In this document: in pieces, positions 1-12,074 of the stretch
Position numbering within the stretch: the first letter of the stretch is position 1
How the letters are laid out: every line of letters begins with the position of its first letter
DNA from: Bugula neritina
Taxonomy: Eukaryota > Animalia > Bryozoa
Assembly: GCA_964035545.1 (NCBI GenBank)
Contig: CAXIUT010000034.1
Span: forward strand, 1 to 21,396
Length of the DNA: 21,396 bases
Direction of reading: 5' to 3'
Notes under the pieces: generated by a model
The model's input: the letters and a program-made list of their open reading frames with translations, nothing else
Databases searched by the model: none
What the model was told of the DNA's origin: nothing
Made by a program: the position numbers and the translations under genes

Positions 1-696
1 TAACTTAATTAAGCATGCTAAGTTAAACTATGTGATATTCCTGATATGAAATATACTGCCAATGATCAGAACTAGCTCGGGTTGTAATCTCCAAGAGGTG
101 AACTTTGGGTTCGAGGACCTCATGTTTTTATGGGATATTATAAACAACCTGATAAAACAAGATAAACTATTACTGCTGATGGATGGGTCATGACTGGAGA
201 CGTTATTCAAATTATGCCCGTATCGAATGCATTCAAAATTATTGATAGAAAAAAAAATATTTTCAAACTTCAACAAGGATAATACATCGCTCCTGATAAA
301 GTAGAACAAGTCTATAAGAAATGTAATCTTATCAGTGATGCCTTCCTTCATGGATAAAGTATACAAAGCTTTTCAGTATTAATTGCCGTTCCCAATAAAC
401 CTTACTTTTAATCATTCGCACAAGCTAATAATATACCTGGAAGTTATTAATAACTTTGTCAAAATAAACAAATGAGAGGAATGGTTTTAAAAGAATTGAA
501 TGATTTGGCTAAAAGAGATGGACTTAACAGTTTAGAACAAGCCAAAAATATTTACTTCTAACCTGAAGGATTCGGCAATAAAAACATCATGACTAACACC
601 ATGAAAATGATCCGCCATGATGCTAAGAATTGTTATAAACCTCAAATCGATTCAATGTACTCTTAAGGAGACATCATGGCCAGCTTCAAGAAATGA
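1..696 (+). CDS. Long-chain-fatty-acid--CoA ligase (ACSL family), 5'-truncated by the window edge
   Basis: Frame 1 is open to TGA 694-696 with UAR=Glu. It reads CEVKLCDIPDMKY...PRGELWVRGPHVFMGYYK...DGWVMTGDV...IIDRKKNIFKLQQG(E=TAA 280-282)YIAPDKVE...GSYEELC, the C-terminal signature region of long-chain acyl-CoA synthetases. Confidence 0.93.
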
Positions 697-786
697 TATA
701 TCATCCATAAATAGTTATAAATAATTAAAATTATAGTCATTGATATCAAATCAGTCATTTATAAGTCATTAAATTCATAGAGATCA

Positions 787-3700
787 TCAATACCAACCAG
801 ATTAGCCCCACTCTTAACCACAATTTGGACACTTGCTACTAAAACTATTGGCAACAAACTGACAAAATGGACAAAAATATGAATTTTCAGGTTATTCTAC
901 TTTCATCTTTCTATCATTTACTGCATTATTGATATCATCGACCTCTGCAACTCCTGCAAATGCCTATTGAGCAGTTGGAAATTGATTTTAAAATTATTTT
1001 TTCTTTTATTGAGGTTGTTAAATATCCATCTCTTTACTTAACTTTTACTTCCGAAGGTTCAATATCCTTTTAATCTAACCTTATCCTACTTAACATATCA
1101 GAGATTTTTCAACATTATCGAAGTAGGGAAAATAAAATTAAAAGTATCCCTTTTATAAGTACAAAGTATAAGGAAAACCGCTTTTAAACTCAACTTTTAA
1201 CTTACTATTTGTTGTAAATTTCCATTAAATAATCCTACCTTGTTAGTTCTATTGTTAATCTATACCAACTATCACTCTGAACTCAGCCATAGCAAACTAT
1301 GACTCTTTTATATCAGTGACATTTTAAGGTATTTAATCTTTGAGGACAAAGTTTGTTGAAAAATCAAACGAAACAGGTGACCATTCACTATAAACTGGAA
1401 TAAATCCAACCAAATAAGGTTTGTTGTTAGCATTATGATGTTTCATTCTTTGCTAAGCATTTTATCCTGAATCAGATTCAACATTTTAAAATTTGTTAAT
1501 CATAGTAGCAATATCTTTAAGAGCACTTTACTTTTCTTATAAAGAAATATTTTGATGCATTTAGCTCGTTATCTTCAATGAATCATAGTTAAATTCAACT
1601 ATCCAGTCTGTATAGTTAGGATATGCTGGACATGGCCCTGGTAAATTTTAAATATAATGTGATATTGAAGGATTGATAGTCATCAACTTCAAAAGAGTGA
1701 TAATGCCTGTAAAAACAAAGTAATCTTGTTCTTTTCTGTTTGTATAAAGTAGTTAAAGGAAAGATAGGTAGATTTAATCTCCTTTTTTTTCAGATGAATT
1801 TTAATATCGACAATATCTATCATTTTGATTTTTGATAAGATACTATTCTCCTTCTTTTTAATATTTTTTCAATGCTAAAGGAACACCAAGCAACCTCTCA
1901 GTTCTTTATTTTTGAAGATAATCATCAATCATCAGCAATTGTTCCAAAATCTAAATAAAAATAAATGTACACTGACATAAATATAGATATATTATCTGTA
2001 TGATTGAATCTATTGATATTTTCCATGATATAGTTGATAATATTGTTCGTAAACTATGGATTATTTCTTGCACTAAAACTTATAATTAATGGTATCCTGT
2101 GATTGTCATATCTATCTCTAAACATCCTTCGATAGAATTAAAAGTTATTATAAGCTTTTCTTTGTAGTATAGCTTCTTCGCTATCAGGATTGACTTCTTG
2201 TTCAAATACTATCAACTCACATATTATCTATATAATCATCGAAACAGTGTTATGTTTCTGCATTGTATTTAGATAGAAAGGATAAGATGGAAACACTCCT
2301 TCAAGATGCGAATCACTTTGCATCAAAAGATGAATTAATCTTGGTCCAAATTTATTCACCTGAAACCATACTCCGAAACGCCTATCGATTTGAATCAACA
2401 TTTTAATCAGCTAAAAGAAATTAAACATCTTACTTGGATTCTTTCCCACTTACTACAAACCACTTAAGAATTTTTGAAGTAATTTTTGGATTATTTAGTT
2501 ATGAGGAAGAGGAAGCATGAAATTAGTACTAATACCACAACTAATAATCGATATCACTTTATACAAAATAGCTTTAGCAATGATTCTTACTTCTTGATCT
2601 CTGTGAATATAAATCATTTTGAATAGATTGCCTTATTTTTATTAAAGATACTAAACAGCCAATTGGTTGATAAAACTAGGTCTAAAATGACAGACATATA
2701 AGATAAATACTGATATTTTTTGAAGTTAAGAACTTTATTTACTACTTTTTTAATTATTATCTTGAATATCTCCATAATATTTTCCATCTAAATTAAGTTA
2801 TCTTCTTTGACATTCAAGTCTAAAATACCTAAAAATAACTTAAAAACTCATATCCAATTGCTATCTAATCTAATTAGGCAATCCCATAAAATTTTGATGA
2901 TAAGGTTTCATCAACTATAAAACATCTATGGTAAACTAACTAGGCATACTTATCCTATTAAGATTATCTTATAAAAATTTACTAAAAGATGGCTGCAAAA
3001 AAATCTTCTACTTCAACAAATCATAATTATCTCGATTAATCTCCTCCATAATAACCATATTACCCACCTTACTATCCAAACTCTCCTCCATATAATTCAA
3101 TTTCTCATAAATCAACATATAGGCATTATTTTTATCATTAGTTCCTTCACTCCAATTCCACCTATCAACTCGAGTATCATCAAATTTCATCCACCCCTAC
3201 TCACATTTAATCAATGAATAATAATGACCTCCCTATGAACTACCCACATGCACAACAAAACCCTTCAACTTGTATATCTATTTCTACGAACACTAATAAT
3301 TGAAATATTGTGATAGATTTAGTTCATTAGGAAATTAAATTGGATGGTCTAGCTTTATTTTATGCATAGACTATAGATCAAAAACCAAACGCTGAAGATG
3401 AATAAATAAAAAACGAGGCAATGAATTAAAACGATGGTATTTTTGGATCGTCTAAACCTTTGTATCACAAAAATCACAAAAATAGTCACAGATTATCTAA
3501 GTCTCAACAAATTTGTTTATACACTCTTAGATTGTCTTCAAGTTTTTTATTTCAACAGATAATATGTAAAATTATTACATCCTCTACTTTTTCTTAAAAC
3601 ATTTCTCACAGTTTATTATGTTCACCAAGGATCCCTTGAAGTTATTTGCCACCAAACTTTCATTATTAGTACCCTTCAGCCTCATCTATAACCTATCGAA

Positions 3701-6700
3701 TAATTGGTTCAAGAATTCATCAGCATCATGCTGCTATTTAGTATTGATAGGTTTGCCATTAAAATCAAGATAGTTAAGACAAAAATTTTAAGGAATAAGA
3801 TATATTCTTTGTCCATATGTCAACTGATAAAACATATATTGAAATTCTCTGAAAAAATCTACATTTTAATTAAGTTAGATAGCTATAATACCAGTTCTAA
3901 AAGGTATAATCATCTGTAGCTGCTGAATAACTGAATTAATGTAACATATGCAACCAAGATTAAACATACCCATTTTATTCTTACCCCTAACCACAGAATT
4001 TCTACTAAGTTTAAGATTGTCCATGATACTTGCCATGATCTTGAAATTAAAATCAAAAGGACAAATAGAATTACTCATATTATAAAGAATTTATCTGATC
4101 TATTCAGAAGAATTAGTCTCAAGAATAAATCTGATACTATTAATAGTGGATTCTTAGATGACTATAGAAGGGTTATATAGTTTTATATAATTGATAACTT
4201 TCAATTCTCCAAGTAGTATTTAGTCTGTCTCTTCAAAATGATTAATACTATTTTTGGAATATTATGATATATCTTTTTGAAATATTTTTGATATCTAAAA
4301 ATAGCGTTTATCATCTTATTAATAACTAAGAATTTTTGAAAGAACATTGAAGTATTCTTTACAATTTCTATACTTTGATTTTGAAGAATTATTTGTTATA
4401 TGAATTGAATAATATGATTCCTTAATACTTGGAACCACATTTGAAAGAAGTAAATAAAATGAGTTAAATATTGCCCTGATCTGATCATTCTAGTGGAATA
4501 TCATCTCATCAATAGTGTTAAATAATTTTATTGGCTGCTATTTTGATTGTCTCAAGATAAGATGAGCTACTATTGCTGTTGAATTTTATGCAATCCAGTT
4601 GTTTCCTTGAAGATTGTTGGTAGTTATAGCAAGATTGCATAATTTTTATATTATTTAAGTGAAAGATTATATTTTAGTGTTCTCAATAAAAGGTTAAATG
4701 TCAGCATGGCTAAGAGGACTAACATCTACATAGTTTATATTGAGTAAATTTGGTATTTTAGTCAGACTTTAACGTGATATCCTTCCCAAATTTTATAATA
4801 TAGTAATCAAAATATCATTTTTAAGATTAGAGAAGGACGTTCTTGTGAAGATCAACTCCAAAAATTGTATGTAAGCACTTTTAACAGAATATAAGTTGCT
4901 TGATTCCTTGAAACATACCTTCCATTTCTCATGATTATCCATTGGAATTTCATTAAAATAGATAGATTTCAAAAGAGTACTCAGATACCAATAATAAAGA
5001 TGGTTCCAATTTTCTTAAGAAAAGATTTATTCACTTTGTTCTTTGATAGCTTCTAATAATTTTTAATAGGTTGGTAATAAATTCAAAGTTTTGATAAGTT
5101 ATTCAGTAATTTTAGCTTTAATATTTTAATCTTTGCATGAGACAACTACATCTTTATATATTTTAAAGAAAATACCATAAATACCACCATCTTTAACTAT
5201 ATACTTTCTGAGTTAATGTTAACTTTTGAAAGATTATTCAAAACCTTTACTCTCTTAAAATAAACTTTGATAACCCAAATTGTTCAAGTTAGAAACAACC
5301 AAAGGAGAATTTTTCTGAGAAGATTGATAGTAGAAATTTAGCCATTACTAAAGAGAAAGATATTGTCCTGAACTACTATAAACACTAATTATTTATCTAA
5401 TTCTATAGTCATGGATTGATATTTCAGCTTGAATAGCTATTTTAAATATCTATGCAATATTTTAATTATAAAGTTTACCTTTTTATGCTGAAAATTTATA
5501 GTAAATCTCCTTCAAACAATCAGAAATTTCAGATCGAAACATACCATCTTTATCAAATAATTGACTCTTATCAAACCACTAGCAATCATTTGTTTAGTAA
5601 AGATCTACCGATATTTTCTTATAACCTGAAAAATTAGCAACTCTTTCCTTCATATCATTGAATTAAAGATATTTGTCTCCAAATTTTATCTTAGTTTTTT
5701 AAAAAGGTTGCTAAAAATGATTCAAAATCATACAAGTCACTTCGAATAAAGTATTATAACTTTTGACTTTTAGTTCATGCTAAGTTGTCTTATAATTTAG
5801 ATCATACCTGAAGACCTTTATCTATATTTAATAAGAATTATTCAGATATTGATAAGGTGGATAATCACCAAAACCTTTCTCATCTTCAGTTATCAATATT
5901 TATCTTGCCAAAATTAACCAACTAATAATGTTCAAAGGATCTCCATGACTTTATTCTAGCTATTCAATAACTTTTTTAAAAGTGATTTATTCTATTTTCA
6001 AAATTTATGGAGCTAAAGTATGTTTTGTGATGATATCTTGAGTTTGATAATATTATTTTGATATTAAAGGTTTGAGATTATTTCTTACATTAGGATTCAT
6101 AAGATGATATAAGTCTATAATACAATCTAAATCATGAGAACTTTTATGTTAATTATTTATCAAAGTAGAAATCATTGCTGTTTGTATTTATTCAGGATAG
6201 TATCTGATAAACTTAGCAAATTTATTATCTATTTTTATTAAATTCCAAAGTTATTTATGAGTAATAAGTTAATTATCCATTTATTAGTAACTTTATAATA
6301 GCAACATCAAGATCTTTAGATGCTTTTCTGTTTATTAAAGCTATAACTCATGAATTCTTTCTTATTTTATCAGTTTTCTTATCCCTTCATGAAGAGTTTT
6401 TCTACATTTGTTACCTATATTCTGATGATATGTCTTATCTCTCAGTTTAAAAATAAAATTCTATATCATCTGAAGATACAAAGAAGATTGAGGTTTTTTC
6501 ATCAGGAGTCTTAAAGGTGATAAAGCATTAGTATGATCATATACTCCTAGTTAAATTCCCATGATAAATATTTCATAGTAAAGAGTTATAGCTTATTTCT
6601 TGAGATTCTACCTTAGTTTTTCATAGTTTTTTTAGATTATAAGATATATTTTTTAAAGATTTTTTTATATTTAGTCAGGTGGAGTCAACAAAATAATTCT

Positions 6701-8044
6701 TTTTATCAATGAAAAAGTTTATTCATTGAAACAATTCGGTCTTGGAAGTTCTTAAATCTTTTGTAAAAGATAATTTCTATTCTTTTAAATATTATTTTCT
6801 TATAGTTTTTGAAGAGTATTAAAGAGTGATTTAGATAAATTTTAATGACATTTTTCAAGCAAATTAAAAATAAGATTGATTAAATAGTCATTAAGTGATT
6901 CATTTTTAGCCATGTATAGAAAGACTTACTCTCCTTTTGCAATTACTTCAGGATGATTATCAGCTCTAAATATTTAATCAAGAATCTTCTTATCTGCTAT
7001 AAATTATTTTATCTTTTATGTACTCACTGCAGAGGAAAAATAAACACTTTTACGACAAATTTATCCCAAAGTTTTAACTGCAAACAATTTCTTCTGAGAA
7101 ACTTCACTTTTCACAAATAAAATAATCAGTCTATTTTCTACCTACCAATGCCAAAGGTCCATATTAAATCCAGCATAGTCATTAAATCTTTAAGAAATAC
7201 TATTAACAGAAGCAGTTATACTTTAAAAATGACTTTTATTCAATAATTTTTAAACTTCCTTATGATCCAAAAGACTCAATATCTTCTATGAAACCTCTTT
7301 GATTATATTAAGCAAATAGAATGAATAAATTGGTGCATTTATATATTCTAGTAATTTTAGTAACTCAACTATGACATCCAAAGGTAGATTCATAAAGTGA
7401 GAGATAAAGTAGTTTTAAAATATCTCAGTAATAATTATTTAGGTTGCATTCATAAAAGTTTATGAAATACTTTATCTTTTTACTACCTTAAATGAGTTTG
7501 ATAAAAATTTAGCTATTATTTCATTATCAGCTGTAAAATATTATTTTGCCTATCCATGTTTCTTCTGATCAATCACATCACTCATAGCATCTTGATTGTA
7601 GTTAGCTATAATTGGAGGAGCTGCAGGACCAAAATAAGGAAGTTGCTAGGAACTTTAATCAGGTCCTGAATAAGGCAAAGCGATTGCTTCATTGCTATTA
7701 GTAGTTTTAATATTTTCTGAGGATTGTAAAAGATCTAAATTTTGTTGATTTTTAGCTTAGAACTTAATATCAGGATTGATAGCAGTTTTTATAAGTGTTA
7801 CCAACTCTGTCATTGGAACTTATTTGAACATACCACAAAGTAGTTTAACTATTCCTAGTATATAATCGGCTGAATCTGATTGTTTTGAGAGAATTGTAAT
7901 GTTTTATTAGATGACTTTCATGTTTTCTTTGATAGTTTTTGAGGTTTAAACTTTCTTGAGACGATCAACGAAGGCTTAGTAATCAATTTTCTTGGAGTTG
8001 TTCTAGGATGGTAGTAGAAAAATAGGAAACGATTCTTACTTCAT
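787..8044 (-). CDS. Large ubiquitin-specific protease (USP9X/USP24/USP34-like, peptidase C19), ~2411 aa, one 22-nt intron (1951-1972), C-terminal C4 zinc finger
   Basis: ATG at 8044. I read the frame by hand and found no in-frame TGA until the intron 1972-1951 (GTGTAC...TTTAG), whose removal restores ILEQLLMIDDYLQKERTERLLGVP. Motifs: Cys box GMFNLGCICYINSVIQQL, PINTKEQHDADEF (cf. USP9X NLREQHDALEF), EFPNELNL, His box VHVGSSEGGHYYSLIK, WMKFDD, NAYMLIYEK. Stop TGA 789-787 is followed by a second TGA. Confidence 0.92.
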
Positions 8045-8104
8045 ATCTTGAACTATTGTATAAAGAATTTATCAATATATATTAATGTTGATAATTATAA
8101 AACT
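8045..8104. promoter_or_regulatory. 60-bp divergent (bidirectional) promoter region
   Basis: An AT-rich spacer lies between head-to-head ATGs of the USP gene (8044, -) and the ESRP-like gene (8105, +). Positional inference. Confidence 0.55.
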
Positions 8105-9312
8105 ATGGATTATTTTCTGATCTTTCAATATGACTGCCTCTAATAATCCAAAGAAGGACTCCAACTTTCATCCATATAAGTCGAACTAGTCAACATCAAT
8201 GCAGATTAATTTGACCCTCAAAGCAAATTATCGTTTGCTAATTTAACTTAAGGACAATCTTTTGAAGAGTCTATCACTGCTATAACAAAGCTAATCAATA
8301 AATTAGTCCTCAATTTCACTAATGTGCAATTGATCGCATAGAATAATGACCTTTTTACTAATATTCTACCTCAATAGTTCAGTCAGAGAAAATTATCAAT
8401 GCCCTTTTATTTTACAAACTACGTCGATTGGCGGGTTCTTTGCCGCTAAAAGTTTGGAGTTGTTGCTCAGTCATTGCCTGAAATCGCCAAGTAGAAATTT
8501 AATGACAAAGACAACTTGAAATGATGGAGATCAATAACCACTTTAGCACGTTAAAAGCTATCCTAAAACGACTCAAAAATGAAGGATATCTTGAAGATAC
8601 AGACATACTATTTTCAAGGAAGCATAAAAGAACCAAATTGACAGAAAAATATTCATACTTTCGATGTTTGGGATTGCCTTTTCAAATATCGAAATCTTAA
8701 ATTGTAGAAAAGTTAATCGAACCAGAACGCTTCAACATCAAATCTTATGGACTAAGTTTGATAATATAGCATGGAAAGTTTTCAGGTAAAGCTGTTCTCT
8801 AAATTCCTGCAGCATTTACTGAAACCATTTTAAAGAAGCATCGAATGTTCATCGGGAAAAGATACATCTAGATCATCCAAGTCAGCCAGGAAGAGTACGA
8901 AAGCTACAAGTTGAAAGAAGAGAGATAGAAAGAGAATCATAGCCGGGATCCTTTTTCAAGAGGCGAAAGAAGAAAGAGAAGTCAATCAAGTTCGTCACCA
9001 TCTTATTCGCGGTCAAGGAGCCGAGAAGGGATCCAGGTTCACAGTTTGTTGAACGAGGTTGCAGTCAAAGTTCGTGGCCTTCCTTTTTCTTTGAATAACT
9101 GGGACATTGAGTAAATATTTAAACGATTCAATTTTATAAGGGGAAGTGTAAAATTGGGGTTTATGGGGGAGCGGAAAACAGGTTAGGCTGTTATATTATT
9201 TCCCAATCGTGATTAAGCCTAACGTGCCCTTTCTCTCCAAGGCTTAACTGTCCAAAGACGCTACCTCGAACTTAAGATAACTAGTAAAGACAATTATGAT
9301 CGTTTTAGATGA
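8105..9312 (+). CDS. ESRP/Fusilli-like RNA-binding protein: degenerate DEDDh-exonuclease-like N-terminus, two quasi-RRMs and an RS-rich linker, ~395 aa, intron 8491-8510
   Basis: ATG 8105; the 20-nt intron GTAGAAATTTAATGACAAAG removes the frameshift; TGA 9310-9312. qRRM1: FRCLGLPFQISKSEI...GKFSGKAVL...KHRMFIGKRYIE. qRRM2: VKVRGLPFSLNNWDIEEIF...RKTGEAVILF...RRYLEL. These are hnRNP F/H / ESRP / GRSF1-type motifs. Linker: RKRSQSSSSPSYSRSRSR. Confidence 0.8.
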
Positions 9313-9352
9313 TTCCATTATAATTTTGCATTAAGTTTATTGTTCTTAAAAG

Positions 9353-10720
9353 ATGGCTCTTTAACTAATCATTCAGTAGATCAAGGCTATTGGCAACTTA
9401 AAAGTCAAAAAAATAACTACTAACGAGGATTCATAGGAAGTAATTGATGAAGAAAGAAGGTTTCGAGTGAAGATTGGGACTTAACAATTCATATCGAAAT
9501 AGTGTGGAACATTTCTAAGTTCAAATCAAATTTTATTCAATGAACCATTCTCCTATTTATACGACAACATCTCACACTTACTTTTCATATAAATCTTCAA
9601 TAAACATCAATACTTAGATAATTCAGATTTAGACCAAGTACTCAATACTGAAATCGATCTATCAGATCTAACTAGTCTTAATGGAGATTACATTGAAACA
9701 ACTTTATTCGATATCAAAAGAGAAGCTGTTGGCAAGTTAATTTTATCAATCTAAACATTTAAAAAAGGACCTAAATATCATTAGAAAGTAAGCAGTAAAA
9801 TATTTTTCGAGGCAGTAAAGGAAGAATACGATCGTGTTCAGGCAAGCTAAGCATCAAAAAATATAAAAAATTTAATGGTAAATAATACTTTAGCTGATAC
9901 ACTAATGACAATAAGTAGTTTAACATTGATCTGTTAGAAAGAAGATATGTAGATATTTATGCGTGAAGGATTCGTGATGGTGAAATATGGTTTAACAATA
10001 AAAGCATTTAGTTCTTTAATAAAAATTCAAAGCAAATAAAATGCTAATTGGATGGATTATATGTAATTTATGAAAAATGATGGAGTCAAATTCTAATTTT
10101 TCTTTTTCCATTTTGATTAACTTGGCAATGTAACCTGCAAAGCTAAAGGATAAATCAAATATGTCATATTTGATTAAACAATTAATCTACACACTATAAC
10201 TCTATTTGATAAAAGGTCAAATAAGTATGGAGTATTGATGGTTAAATTCAATGAAAAAGAAGTCACTACTAAAGGAGCTATCAATAATAAATTTGATAAG
10301 AAACTTGCTCCTATAGAACCAGCTATTCCAGAGATCATTGAATAATTCAATAGATATAAATTTTAAAGTAAACATAATAATCATATTTTGTCATAGAAGA
10401 TGTGGGAATTGTAACAGCAAGAAAAAGCTCAACAATAGTAAAAAGAAAGACCATTAAATCCATAATAAAAAAAGAAAAAAGAAGAACATTCAAGATTTAT
10501 CAACTTTTTACAAAAATAAATGATAAGAATTTAAAGATAAATAGCAAAAAAATAACTTCATGGTAAAAAAGATGATAGAAAAAGTATGCTTTTACCTACA
10601 ATTGATAAAAAAGGAACAGATTCAAGAGTTGTAGAACAAAAAGGATAACGCTATAATCGTAAAATGAACAGCTCTTTTTCTACAAATTAAATGCCAAAAG
10701 TTAAATTACCTAAAGTATGA
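9353..10720 (+). CDS. Putative tandem C2-domain protein with a charged C-terminal tail, 455 aa, intronless
   Basis: Open frame from ATG 9353 to TGA 10718-10720. The beta-strand pattern is typical of C2 domains: LELIIQEIKA...FRVKIGTEQFISK...LFNEPFSY...LFIEIFNK...TEIDLSDL...LFDIKREAVGKLILSI. It recurs as GFVMVKYG...W...ITLFDKRSNKYGVLMVKF. The ORF is solid; the domain call is by eye. Confidence 0.65.
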
Positions 10721-10738
10721 TCTCTAAAAATATTTATA

Positions 10739-11566
10739 TCATCTTAAATTATCATCCATTAAATTTGTATCTTCAGGCTGTGAAGGACAACATTTTTACT
10801 TGATTTTTGTATAACCCAAATGAGGAAGCGACCATACATAATCAGCATAGTATATGATGTATTCAGAACTATGGAAACTTAGCATTCCGAAAAGAAAACC
10901 TCCGATTATATCGATGCTATAGTGAGTTCTCGATGCAACAAGCATCACCACCATCCAGAATATTTGGAACCAACAATATATTTTGACACAAAGATGTAGG
11001 TTTAGTTTAAGAGCTTAGAGAAGAAAGATGGTGGCTATTCCTGTATGACCAGAGAAATAGAAGTCTCTTGTGTGATCATAGGGTACCATAATTGAAGGAA
11101 ATGGTGGAGCTCTCCAGGCCATATTTTACGGAAAAGGAAAAACAAAAATATTCTTTATTAGTTGATATGTACAAGAGAAAAGGTTCTAAACACAAAAAAG
11201 AAGAGTGATGACATTGCAAGTCTGATATTATTTACTTTAAGCATCCTTAATATTGACTTATTTACCAGTAAATCATACCAGCTATTAGAGAAAAATCCAT
11301 AAACTACTGGCCAACCAAAGTTATTATCGAGATCTTATCATAGTACATAAAACGATTAATCGGGTATAGTAGCTAGTGAAAGAAGTCATATATGCAAGGT
11401 TTGGTCAGATCCATTCTGAAGATGATGCGATAGAGGAAGAAGCCAGCAGTTACTAAGAAGATAGGAATAAGTTTTAAGAAATATCCGTGTATCTGAGTGT
11501 ACCTTCTGAGTAGAGAACAAATTACTAAGTTGAAATTGAAGCTATTTTTTATAATGAACTTTGCAT
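10739..11566 (-). CDS. Sphingomyelin synthase-like / PAP2-superfamily multi-pass membrane protein, ~255 aa, three 20-nt introns (11506-11525, 11246-11265, 11153-11172)
   Basis: The spliced translation contains PFPENMAWRAPPFPSIMVPYDHTRDFYFSGHTG and VASRTHYSIDIIGG, the SMS/LPP catalytic motifs (D..FSGH, R.HY..D), plus several hydrophobic helices. ATG 11566, TGA 10741-10739. Confidence 0.85.
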
Positions 11567-12074
11567 CGGAGTTTTGATTTTTTTGAATTTACACGATTAT
11601 AATATTGGTTTATTTACTTTTATTCAAAAGAATAAATATAAATTAAACTCTTAAAAGATAGTTACATAAAAGAAAATCTTTCATTAATGATCCTGAAGAC
11701 TAAAAGAATGCTTTAGGTCAAAATATAAGAAAAATAAAATTAAATTTGGAAAAATAAGTATCAATAAATCTCTAAAATTATTGAAAAATATGATAGTTAA
11801 TCAATAGTAAGTTAAAAAATAGGACAACCTTTTTATTCCTCAATAATTTAATGATGATGCTAACATAAAATACTAAAAATGTTTTGACTATCACTAAATT
11901 TATTATCAAAAAAATATGAAGTTAGCAATCACTTTTTCAAAAAAGAAAGTTATCAGATAAGAAAAGAACTTGTCCTTTATCATTCTCTATCTTTTTAATA
12001 TCATATTCAAAGAAAAAAATCGAACAAAAAGAGAGAATTCATGTAAATAATAATTTATTAATATTATATTTCTA

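Noticed and set aside
1-25. Short imperfect palindrome with PacI/SphI-like sites at the window start
   Set aside because: It lies in the open frame leading into CEVKL and is unremarkable in AT-rich DNA. There is no other sign of vector or adapter.
2411-2433. Intron-like GTAAG...TTTTAG (23 nt, minus strand) inside the USP gene
   Set aside because: The frame is open and sensible through it, and removing it would cause a frameshift.
11650-12042. Minus-strand ORF joined by repeated +1 frameshifts at TTT-TGA/CTT-TGA (Euplotes-like recoding)
   Set aside because: It needs at least three shifts in low-complexity T-rich sequence, gives no recognisable protein, and strand composition favours the other strand.
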